DNA of 64,000 nt. It comes from Basidiobolus meristosporus CBS 931.73. Lineage: Eukaryota; Fungi; Basidiobolomycota. The notes below the pieces were generated by a model that was given only the letters and a program-made list of their open reading frames with translations, had not been told where the DNA came from and ran no database searches. This document shows positions 47,926 to 59,660 of this stretch, piece by piece. The first letter of the stretch is position 1. Each line of letters opens with the position of its first letter. The stretch covers positions 4,399-68,398 of the forward strand of contig MCFE01000478.1 of NCBI GenBank assembly GCA_002104905.1, given 5' to 3'. Made by a program: the position numbers and the translations under genes.

Positions 47926-48573
47926 CTGTGTTGTAAAATTCATAATTCCACCATGATTTTCACCTGACTTAGTCACTTAGATCATTACCTTCAAATCCTA
48001 GAGAATACTGACCAAATTATTTGTTGGATATACTTCAAATATTTTCACCAAAATACCAGGTACCCAGAACATGAAAATTCTCAAAGTTGTTCAAACAGTC
48101 TTAAACTCTGCACACATGTTCTTGGGATCTTCCTTAACCTATTCCTGATGTTTTTTATGCTAAGGCCATGTAAAAGTATAAATACTACTTTTACATTCAA
48201 TAAATCATTAAGTGAAAGCCACATAATCTACTTGTCCTCCCAAATCACTTCCAGTATCTTCAAGACTCTTACAACTTTCTACATGTTAGTTATGGCAAGA
48301 CCATGTAAAAGTAGTATTTATATTTTTACACTGTCTTGGCATTACAGACACGTAGAGTGGGTTAAGGAAGGCCCCAAGAACTTGTGTGCAAAGTTTGGGG
48401 CTGTTTGGACACCTTTCAGAATTTTCATGTTGTTGGTACCAAGTATTTTGGTAAAAATATTCTAAGTAATTCCCAACAAAGAATTTGGACAGTACTCTCT
48501 AGGATTTGAGGATAATGATCTAAGTGACTAAGTTAGGTAAATATTTAGGTGGAATTACAAATTTTTATAACAG
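47926..48573. mobile_element. MITE/foldback-like element with ~270-bp imperfect terminal inverted repeats
   Basis: CTTAGTCACTTAGATCATTA..CAAATCCTAGAGA at ~47970 mirrored by TCTCTAGGATTTG..TAATGATCTAAGTGACTAAG at ~48500; short central spacer; non-coding. Confidence 0.7.
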
Positions 48574-49326
48574 TGTGGAAGGTGAAGATGAAGATGCTGC
48601 TACAAGAAAGAGGCCTTTGCAATATTGCCATGGGAGAAGGATTGTGGTAATGGAAAGTATTCCATTACTACAATATCTCTAAACCAATATTGCACTCATT
48701 TCTTTATTTTGCTTTTTGCTATTGTAACACACAAGTGAAAGATCAAGAATTTCCAACTTTGAAGGACAAATGCTCCAGACCCTGACAAGCAATCCACCCA
48801 AGAATATTATGTCATACAGAACATGTAGTAGCCAACACATGTTTCAAATTGCAGCTCATCTGAAGCAGTACTTAAGGAGTTATGACCAAAAGAGTCCAAT
48901 TATTATATATACTATGCCTTATTGCTAGGATTACTATAGTGACTTTGATCACATGTAACTTCTGAACCAGCCAATCATATCATGTGATATTCTCACAGGT
49001 GCTGCGCCTATGTCCGATCTGTGCCACTGCACAATTTTAGCTTTGTATCACATGTATTGCTTGTGCAATCACCCAAAAACTTTGATCCTTCAGAATTTTC
49101 ATATATATGACTTCCCCAGCTGAAAAATAAAGGGAGAGCCTCTCTTTCCAGAATCTCCACGCTACAATTACAAGTTTAAAGGTTATAAGACTTCCCCTGC
49201 ATCACTTGCACTGTTGAGTATTCTGACTTTGATTGGTACTACATTAGTAAAGAGACTGCAAAGCTCACAAGAATCCAATCTAAGTTCTACAAGAAACTAC
49301 CACTTTTCTGTTGGAAAAGTTCCCTC

Positions 49327-49474
49327 TAAGAAACCCCTTTACTCTAAAGACACCCCTTTAGGCACCCCTTTAAGTCTAAAGACCCCTTTAGAGACCTCTT
49401 TAAGAAACCCCTTTACTCTAAAATCACCCCTTTAGACACCCCTCTAGGTCTAAAGTCCACTTTAGAGACTTCTA
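49327..49474. repeat. 74-bp tandem repeat x2 built from CCCCTTTA subrepeats
   Basis: TAAGAAACCCCTTTACTCTAAA at 49327 and 49401. Confidence 0.8.
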
Positions 49475-49831
49475 CAACACACCCCTTGAGGTTAGAGGGG
49501 AGGTCAGAATTTCCATATTAGGAAACATTTTCTCAGAAAGGAAGGTGACTTCCAAATAAGGAGAAGCCACTATAAAAGTAAATAAGCCCATTAGCTGACA
49601 GAAGGTCAGAACACTGCTGTAGAAGTGATAAACACTGCCTGTAGTATATTTTGAGCCTCAGATTGAAGAAATTAGTGAAAGTTATATCTTCAATTGGTAT
49701 ATCAAGCTCCCAATAAACTATTTCTGTATTAGCATACTTGAAGTTGTTGTATATTGTTGATTAGCCTCTACATTGTAGAACAAGCCCCAAACTAATCATA
49801 ATACAACACAACAGAATGCCCTCCTACTAAT

Positions 49832-50095
49832 GTGGGAGAGGAAGCCTTTAAGTACCAGAAGAAAGAACAAAGTGCCTTTAAGTGCATTTGCCTTAATGTT
49901 AAAGACAAGTTGCTAGTTCAATGCTCAAGAGCAAAAACAGCAACAAATGTCTGGAAGGCATTAGAAGACACCAACTGGTCATGTTCAGCTGCTAAGAAAA
50001 TGTATCTTAGACAAAGATTCTTTACTACAAAGATGCAGCCAGGAGAAGAAATGAAAAGTCTGATCAACCAACCCTATAAAAAATTATTGAGATGA
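49832..50095 (+). mobile_element. Ty1/Copia gag fragment
   Basis: EQSAFKCICLNVKDKLL..AKTATNVWKALE..KMYLRQRFFTTKMQPGEEM. Confidence 0.75.
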
Positions 50096-50106
50096 TCCTG
50101 TCAAAA

Positions 50107-50500
50107 TATTATATTTGATTCTTTCCCAAGTTTGTTCTTGTACAGGCAAAGATACTTTTCTGTCTTTGTAACTATTGACCACAGCTGCATTCTTATCAAG
50201 TTCCTACTTGTGGAGTTTACAGTTGTTTTAACTTTGGAAGCTTTAGTACATTGTGATCTCAAATGATGCTGAGCCCACCACATACTTTTCTTAAGATGCC
50301 AACTAAGTTTGGGATTGTAGCTCAATAGTTTTCCCTTGACAAGCTTGTGGCTTTATTCCCCTTCACATTAGATTAGAGACAGAACCCTTGTATACCTAGC
50401 AAGCTTTTGCCAGAGGTTATTGCTCCCAGTGAACACCCCACGCACAAAACACTTGAGAAGTGCTGGACGTATATCTCCCTTGGACCTATACACCACCACA
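50107..50500 (+). mobile_element. Truncated LTR of gypsy family B, in opposite orientation to the other copies
   Basis: Reverse complement of the first ~395 bp of 53073-54142 and 59661-60731; ends TATACACCACCACA. Confidence 0.9.
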
Positions 50501-52785
50501 ATGTTTGTGTGAATTGATTGGCTATTGCCTCTTTTTCACACTCCTTACTTCCGGACTCAACCATTTCTGTTACTTTTCATGCATACAAATTGATATATTT
50601 CCATTGAAACTTCAGTTGTACCTCAATTGCCAGTTGTATTGGTCAATGCAAGTCTCTATACCCTGCACTAACATTAAGCCCAACCCCACACTCAACAAGT
50701 AACTCCATTAAAATCCACCACTCAAAAAGTATTTCTGCTGTAATGCTCTGGTTCCACAACTTTAGCGGGAACCCATTGGCTTTATGCCACTGTTCATTCA
50801 CTGGTTCCCACACATCCTGGTCTTCAGCTGGCACTGCAAGGTCTAGCTCCTTGTCTGCCAGTCTTTGCAATAAATCCTTGCAATATTCCAGTGCTTTTTC
50901 TTGAGCACTGCTTTGAAGAAGTACGGCAACATCTTGGTGTGCCTATTAATGTTCTAAAACTCCACTGAAGGTATTATGATAGTCTTTTGAGCTCTTGACG
51001 TTGTAGCCTTGTCTGTCAGTGGGATCTCCACTATGTCAACAATGGAGGCTGTGGAGGCTGTGGTAGACAAATTGCCTTTTTCAGCAAACTCATCTACCTT
51101 GCTGGAGTGTAGCTCAACTGGCGGCGCTTCCAACTCCTGTGAAAACAGCTGTTTTCTTGTTGGCAATTCTTCTTGGCTATGATGGGATTCAGTTTGTTCC
51201 TTGCTTGCGGTGTTAATTGGCAAGAACTGCAGTTAGTTTTGCATGCCTTCCTGTCTCTGGCTTGAGCAGACATTTTTCCCTTTACCTTTTCCTTTATCAC
51301 TGCCAGGTCTTTCACTGCTACTTTGTCTGAGTGCTTTGTGTAAAGAACTACATCTTCTCCTGGATAAATTCTGCTCTGACGCATCTGTTTTGGCCTGCTT
51401 GTCCCTTGCTGGCACTCTTCTGGCAACCTGATGTTTCTTTTCTGCTTGTTTTGAGCTCTCAACTGTAGTTGTGACAGGCTCCTGCAAAAGCGGCAGGTTT
51501 TTTATCACTGCCAGGTCCTTCACTGCTACTTTGACTGGGTGCTTCTTAAGTGGTACTTTGCTTTTTCCTTGATAAATGTTGTGCTGGTGGATCCATGTCT
51601 GCCTGCATTCCCTATTGGCACTCTTCCAGCTACCTGACATCTCTTTGACACTTGTCTGAAGCTTTTGGCCCTGCTTGTAATGGGCTCTTGAGGAAGCTGC
51701 TGGTTTTTAGCCATGGCACCTTGTTCTTCTGCCTTTGATGGTTTCTGCTATTCTTAAGATACTTTCTTAGCATACCAATGCTGGCTCAAAATCTGTTTGC
51801 CTGTTTGAATCCAGGATAATGCTCATGGAACAAGTCAAGTGCATTCTGCTTGGCCTTGAGTTCCTGATGGTCCCATGGTATGCCAGCCTTAAGGTGATGG
51901 AGTGCTAGACTTCCAATGGCCTCTTGTTTATTAGCCCACTCTTCATTATTGTACTCAAGGGCTTCACAGATCTTAAATATCTTTTGATTTTTAGGCTTTG
52001 GTATAAACACCACATTGTCTCCCTCCCATGCTGTGGTAGGTTTTTCTATGGGCTTTATCTTTGGGCACTGTTGTTGTGCTTCAAAGACTGTATAGTGTTC
52101 CTCTGCTGTTACATTGGGATATGGCTCAATTCATGGCTGAGACATTGAGCTACTTGAGTTTCTTCTTTGCAGAAAAGATACTGCTTTCTCTACCCAAGAT
52201 ATTGATTGCTCTATACATATTGTCTGCTCATCCTGTTTCTGGACTATTTCCTGATTTCTTTGGGCCTTTGCATCTATCCTATCAGCCACTGCCCCTAATT
52301 GCTTCATTAATGCTTTGGTATGAGCTGACAACATACTTGCTAATATGGGTGGTGATGTTATCATGGCCACTTGCTGATCTTCAACTGAGGGTACAGCATT
52401 TGCTAAATTCTCATCTGCCTGAGCATAACAGTCAGATGGTGGCTCCACAGAGGTTCTCAATTGTCTACATGACTTAGAGCCAGAGGAGTCTACATTATTA
52501 TCTTCAATGGGCACACTGTCCACAGGACCTTTTTTGGGTGTAGACCTGCTTGTTGCACTGAATGTCAAAGCAAGCTGTTGTCCAACAGTTCTTCTGTTGC
52601 CATCAGCAATGGGGTTTGTTTGAGAACCAGACAAATTTGCTTTATTTTTTGGCAGCACATATATGGGAGTGAGTCAAACCAAAGGGGATATAGTGATATA
52701 TGTACACATGTATGTGGTGCCACAACTTTATTTATAATGCTTACTATGACAGGTCATCATTGAATCTTACATTCATATAGGTGCG

Positions 52786-55700
52786 ATGTCTCAAATACAA
52801 GACTGTCTTAAGTTCACATGAGCATTGACCAAAAAGTGATATAATAGCGTTACATTGTTCAAGGTCAAACTGTTTGCCTCATGGACAAGATTACTTTGAC
52901 TCAACACTGTAAGAAAAGAGAAAAAAGACCATGTGGCTATTCTGACAAGACTCTCAGCCATGAAGCACGCAGACAGCTTAGAAACTAATACAAGGATCAT
53001 TGCCAGTGCTTTGCTACCCAAGTCATATTTGACCATTCATTAGTCACTACTGTACTAACATTATGTTGCCGGTGTGGTGGTGTATAAGTCCAAGGGAGAG
53101 ATACATCCAACACTTCTCAAGTGTTTTGTGCGTGGGGTGTTCACTGGGTGCAATAACCTCTGGCAAAATCTTGCTAGGAATACTAGGGTTCTGTCTCTAA
53201 TCTAATGTGAAGGGGAATAAAGCCACAAGCTTGTCAAGGGAAAACTATTGAGCTACAATCCCAAACTTAGTTGGCATCTTAACAAAAGTATGTGGTGGGT
53301 TCAGCATCATTTGAGATGACAATGTACTAAAGCTTCCAAAGTTAAAACAACTGTAAACTCCACAAGCAGGAACTTGATAAGAATGCAGCTGTGGTCAATA
53401 GTTACAAAGACAGAAAAGTATCTTTGCCTGTACAAGAACAAACTTGGGAAAGAATCAAATATAATAAAAGATACATACTCTGAGTATTCCTCACAAGTAG
53501 TGCCTCCAAGGTCAGTTGGCTGTCAGCATGGTTTCCTGGGAGTGTCCAGTGGTCTGGGGTTGGAAGTTCAGGTAGCAGCAGGTAGCAGTGATCACACTAA
53601 TCAACAAGTTGGTATATTGATAAATGGATGATGATTTATTGTAGAGGGTTAGCCTCCCTTATATACTTTTCTTACTGGCTAAGTGAATACTAATCATGGT
53701 GTCCTAGAAGGTTCCAGATATCAATAGAAATCTTAATGACATTGCAATGACCTAAGAATGTTCTAAGTAGGTGCCAGAAGGTTCTAAGAGGCAAAGCACA
53801 TCCCACCAACCAGTAATCAGTACTCCAAAGCCTGTGTGACATAGGGATACCATATATGGTATGGAAATAGTAGGGATGGTGACACGGGCTGATCATGTGT
53901 CACAGGTACTGGCATGGGTACTTGCCTAATATAGAAGCACTTACTGCTAGTAATCTTACATAAAGTGGGGGATAACTTATGCAACAAGGTAAGCAGGTGT
54001 AATAGTCAACCTGCTTATGGAATAATACTGATCAGGTGAGATAAATGCAATAAAACTAAAATAAGAGTAGTAGAGAAATAGTGAAGTAGAAAATATAGGA
54101 ATGAGCACATATATCAGTGGGTGTCACTTTGACCCCACTACACCAGCCAGTTGATGCTTCTATATTGGCACCTGGCTGTCTTTGCCACCTTGCGCAAACT
54201 GAGTCAGGTGAGTTTGTGACACCTTTAGGCTCACCTCAGCCTTCTGAATATGGCATGCAGAGTGACAGCTCAGACACAGAAGGTTCACTGATGGATTTTG
54301 AGCCTATCTCCCCTAACAACAGTATCATGTATGAGCCTGGTCAAATCCCTATATGCAATGAGACAACACCTGTTGAAACAAATGCCATGGATACTTTATG
54401 GAGCCAAGTGAGCCCAGTAGTCCATCTACTGGTGAATGATGTAATGTTGTGGCTAGTGAAGTGACATGTTTCCACTAATATTAGTAATGAGGGCTTTGAA
54501 GATTTATTACTACTTCTTGCCAAAATCATACCAGGATGCAACATACCATGTACATGGTACAAGTGGACAACTTTCATGCGGCTGGCAACATATGATCCAG
54601 AGACTGTCCTGATTCCAGCATGTGTTAACAGTTGCATGGCATTCACATCCAAAAATGCTATCATTGCAACATGTCCAAATTGTCAGGAATCCACCACCAT
54701 TGAGGGAAAACATTGTTGACACTCTGGATATATTCCAGTCATACCCCATCTGTGGAAGCTGATGCAGTCCAACAAATATTGCAAAGCTATACAGTACTGC
54801 ACTAAGTATTAATCAAGTGCAAACATATCCAATACATTTGATGGCAAGCATTACAAACAGCTAAGAGGCAAGGGCTACTCTGAAGGTATGTATGACCACA
54901 CCTTTGCTTTAGCACTTGATGGATTCTCATTAAACAAGTACTCTACCAGCAAATCCTGCTGGCCACTGATTCTCATCAATCTGAATCTGCCACCCATCTT
55001 ACGGTATCAGAGCAATGATCTGATGGTAGTCTCACTAGTATATGGGCCTATATCACCATCCAACCTGGATAGCTACCTGCATCCATTGCTGGATGAATTT
55101 TGTATGCTTTCCAGTGGGATAACAGTAAATTGCTATCATGTAAAAGCACATATTATTATCTGCATTGGAGATACCCCAGCCATCAGCAAGATAGCAGGTT
55201 TTTCCAGGCACAATGGACAGTATTGCTCTCAAATGTGTGAGATCCAGGGGATTAAATCCATAACTCACACACATTATTATTACCCAAGCACCAGCACTAA
55301 GAACATCATCTCTCCACAGAGAGAAAATACAGAAGTAAGCATGCAATTGCAGCAAAGTTGGCAAGCTATTAGCAATTGGCCAGAATATGGAATCAATTGG
55401 AAACCAGAGATACTTAAGATAGAGTGTATATGTTGGAGCAAAAGCTTTCCACTGGGAGCAGTGCTTTTGCTTTTGAACAATATCCCTATACATATGACCA
55501 AGTTGTACATGGGGCATTTCAAGCTAAATGAGCCCTATGAGATACTGGAGAAATTTGAAAGAATTGGCTAGATATTGCAGAGTATCTGCTACTCTAAGTA
55601 CTTCTCACAGGCTCCACTTAATATTCATAAGCATATGCAACAATACAAATGCAAAGACTGGATGAACTGGATATGTATTTATTCAAGTGGTGTTCTGAAG

Positions 55701-56087
55701 CCATTCCTACCAAGAGTATATTGGAAGCATTGGGAGTCATATGTGGACATTGTATGAATATTTATCCAAAAGCAGATCACCAATGCCAACTTGACGCATC
55801 TGCAGCTGTTGTGTGAGGAGTTTGTGATGGGATTTGAGTGGCTATACCACAAACATAAAGCTGAGAATGTGGATATCTGCTGCTACTGTATCCATTCTCT
55901 ACTCCATCTTGCATGGTGTGTGGAGAATATTGGACCTTACTTCACCTTTTGGGAGTTTCCTATGGAGTGGATGTGTGGGGAGATAGGAAGACAAGTCAAG
56001 TTGCAGGTACTACAATATCCTAATCTCATCAACAATATTACCTTCAAGTCTGCCATGGATGTAATGAGTTGGCACATGGAGGACAGC
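52786..56087 (+). mobile_element. Degraded CACTA/EnSpm-type (Transposase_21/tnp2-like) DNA transposase, interrupted by a solo LTR and cut at 56088 by a chromovirus
   Basis: CMAF..ATCPNC, LALDGFSL..SCWPLILINLNLPP..R, GPISPSNLDSYLHPLLDEF, GDTPAISKIAGF..HNG..C..CEI, YKCKDWMNW, F.MEWMCG. Confidence 0.78.
53073..54142 (-). mobile_element. Solo LTR (1070 bp) of gypsy family B
   Basis: TGTGGTGG...CCACTACA termini; direct repeat of 59661-60731; 4-bp flanks CCGG / CCAG (a TSD with one CpG transition). Confidence 0.9.
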
Positions 56088-59000
56088 TGTTATGAATGGA
56101 CACAAAGCAGGAGAGTAGGGCTAGGCAAGGCAGGAGCAGGAAAGGACTTAGGTGTGGATCAACAAGGCAAGGCAGATTTCCAAGGCAAGGCTGTTTATTC
56201 AAGACCTGTGTTTAACAGACTGAGGAATACTAAGGGGGAATAGGACTTTATATACTTTTTGGTTATACTGATGCTGAGAGATATTGGCTAATACTAATGG
56301 GGTTGTGGGGTGAGGCACAGCAATGCGCTGGAGATAATAATATAGAAGGCAAGGCACTGAGACAGGATGGGGAAATGGATTGGGTCACCCAATCATGTGA
56401 CTAAATCATGTGACCTGGTATTTCCATATATGATACTGGACTATGAAAAATATGATGGGAAACTTCCATGGAATGTTCCATTGTGTAACAAGGGTTTTAA
56501 ATGTTCAGGAACTTTCTGGAAGGTGGTAGAAGGTTCCAGAAGGAATCACTTAGAAATTGAGCTAGGAAGCTGAAACATGGCATGGGTGTTCATGGTTGTC
56601 ATGTGATCATGACACTATTCTCCTCTTCCAGGCAAAGCTCTGTTTCCCTTTGGGGCAGGTTTTGCAGGATATTGCTAGTAAAACTGGGTAACTAGTTCTT
56701 GACAATTAGTGAGATGGGTAGCTGGTTCCCATGTTTGGTCACTTGGACCATAACCAATCCAGTCTACTAAGTAGTACAGCTTTGACCAGATATACTTGGA
56801 GTCTAGAATGTGTTAAACTTCAAATTCTTGATGTTGGTCAACCTGGATGGCTTGGGGCTTTGCTTCTTGCTGGTTTGGCAAGGTGTTCCTACAATGCGGC
56901 TCCAGGAGGGACACATGGAAAGTATCATGGATTTTCATACTTGCTGGTAACTGTAGCTGATATACTATAGGGCTAAGCTTCTTCTTGATCTCGAAGGGAC
57001 CAAGTTTCTTGAAATCCAACTTGTCACAAGGGCGGTTGGTGCTGATGTTTCTTCTGAGCAACCATACAGAATCTTCTTCATTAAGATCAGGGCTGGGGTG
57101 CCATTTTAGATTGGCAAATTTCTTGTAGCTTTCCTGAGCTAAGGATAGTTCTTCCTTGAGGGTATTCTGGATATCCTGGATTGCTTGGGCATGTTCAGGT
57201 GCATGTGGGCTCATTGGGTTTGTTGGAATCTGGATATCAAACTGAGGGCAGAATCCATAGTTTGCATAGAATGGTGTAAAACCGGTTGCACTATTGCTTC
57301 AGTTGTTGTAGGCAAACTCAGCAACAGGGAGTAGATCAATCCAATTGTCTTGCTGGTGATTGATATAGCACCGGAGGTATTGCTCTAGAATCTGGTTGAT
57401 TCTTTCAGTCTGGCCATCAGACTGTGGATGAAAGGCAGTAGAGAGCTTGCCTTGAACACCAAGGTATTGCGTGAAGTGTTTCCAAAACTTGGACACAAAC
57501 TGTGGGCCTCTATATGACACAATATCACTGGGGATACCATGAAGGTGGAAAATATTCTTCAGGACTAATGCGGCAGTTTCTTTTGCATCAGTGTTCTTAC
57601 AGCAAGGGATAAAGTGAGCCATCTTGGTCAGCCAGTCAGCCACTACAAGTATAGCATTGAAGCCACATGACTCAGGGAGGTCAGTTATGAAGTCCATAGA
57701 TATTGATCTCCATTGGTGTTCTGGGATAGGCAAGGGCTGAAGAAGTCCATAGGGCTGGTGTCAGGCTGGTTTTGCATGGTTGCAAATATCACATGTCAGA
57801 ATGTACTGTTTGATGAGAGTTATCATTCTAGGCCACCAGAAATCTCTTTTGATAGCATTCAAGGTTTTGGCAGTACCAATGTGGCCTGCAGCCATTGAAT
57901 CATGCCAAGACTTAATGATGTCTAGCTGGGTGGCAAGCTCTGGGACATAAAGCTGCTGCTGGTGGTAGATGAGGTTGTTTATCAAATGCAGGTTCTGGAT
58001 GTCTGGGAACTTGGGAGGGGGCCCAGCTGGGGATTCCAGATATTTCTTGATGGTGCTAGAAGTCAAATCAGAGGCTTGGGATTCTGATATCCTTACTAGG
58101 AATGAAGGGACAACAAGACTTGAGGACTGGTGGGCAAGAATCTCAAAATGTTTCTTGCTCAGCAATTGGTGTTCCATTTGCCAACAGGCATCTTCTCCCT
58201 CTTCCAGGGCATATTCCTTTTTTCTGGACAGGGCATCAGGCTTTCCTTGCTTTGCACCAGGTCTATAGGTGATAGTAAAGTCAAAGCTGGTCAGGATGAG
58301 TGACCATCTGGCTTGTCTCCGGTTTAGTACTTTGGAAGTTGCAAAGTACTCAAGGTTCTTTTGGTCACAGAAGACTTTGATTTTGTGTTTTGCACCATCC
58401 AGGTAGTGTCTCCATTGCTCAAAGGCTACAATGATGGCAAGCAACTCCTTATCATAGATATCATAGTTGATCTCTGCAGGGGAAAACTTCCAAGAGTAGA
58501 ATGCAATGGGGTACAACACATTGTCCGCAACACACTAGGAGAGTATGGCACCAAGGGCAAAATAAGAAGCATCAGTCTCCACTATGAACTGCTTCTCAAG
58601 GTCAGGGTGGGCAAGCAGGGGGGTCTTCAGGAAAGATTTCTTGAGTTGGTTGAATGGGCTGGATTGCTCCTCATTCCAGCCAAAAGGTGTGTTCTTCTGG
58701 GTAAGCTTTGTCAGAGGGGTGACTATCTTGGAGTAGTTGGCTATGAACCTGCAATAGAAGTTGGCAAATCCCAGGAAGGATTGTACTTCCTTGACTGAGC
58801 TTGGAGTTTTCCAGGATTGGACTGAGTCAACTTTCTTTGGGTCCATTCTTGTTCCCTCAGGGCTGATGAGATAACCAAGAAATTCCACTTCTCTCTGGTC
58901 AAATTCACACTTCTCTAGCTTGGCATAGAGACTGGCAGAGTCTAGTTTTCTCAATACTTTCTTGACATGTTCATCATATTCATCCTGGTTCTTGGAGTAT

Positions 59001-59660
59001 ATGAGAATATCATCAAGGTAGATTACCACAAACTGGTCAAGGTATTCACAGAATATGTCATTCATGAGGTGTTGAAACACAGCAGGGGCATTGGTGAGGA
59101 CAAATGGCATTACTTTGTACTCAAAGTGGCCATATCTTGTGCAAAGGGCAGTTTTCCATTCATCACTGGGCTTGATTCTGACAAGGTTGTAAGCTCCTCT
59201 CAAGTCAATCTTGGTGAAGACTTGGGCAGCAGATAGCTGATTCAACAGTGTGTTGATCAGGGGCAGGGGGTAGTGGTTCTTGACTGTGATCTTATTCAAA
59301 GCACAGTAGTCCACACACATTCTGAGGGTGCTATCCTTCTTCTTGACAAAGAGGGTTGGGGCTCCAGCAGGTGATTTGGAGTGCTGAATAAAACCCTTCT
59401 GGAGGTTTTCTTCAATATAACCATGGAGTTCTTTCAACTCCAGCTGGGAGAGGTTGTATATTGGGCCAAATGGAGGGACTTTTCCATCTTCAAGGTCAAT
59501 AGGGCAGTCATAAGGCCAATGGTCAGGGAGGAGTTCTGCTTTCTTCTTGTCAAAGACATGGGCAAACTCTAGGTACTTGGCTGGTATGTTTGCTGAGGGG
59601 GCTCCTTCAGCTGGCAAGGTATTATGAGCTGTTGAACTGTTGGCAACAATCTTTTCATGA
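56088..59660 (-). mobile_element. Ty3/gypsy chromovirus (Tf2-like), element A: RT-RNaseH-integrase-chromodomain and 3' LTR 56088-56614; 5' part displaced by element B
   Basis: RT FTKIDLRGAY, IYLDDILIYS; RNaseH ETDASYFALGA, YDKELLAI; integrase GHIG, ISMDFITDLP, HPQSDGQTER; chromodomain EFEV*HILDS..YLVDW..TWEP; PPT GGAAGAGGAGAATAG; LTR TGTTATGA..TCATGACA. Confidence 0.92.

Noticed and set aside
47000-50500. CRISPR-like or regularly spaced repeat array
   Set aside because: The repeats are long TE-derived units without unique spacers of constant length; eukaryotic context
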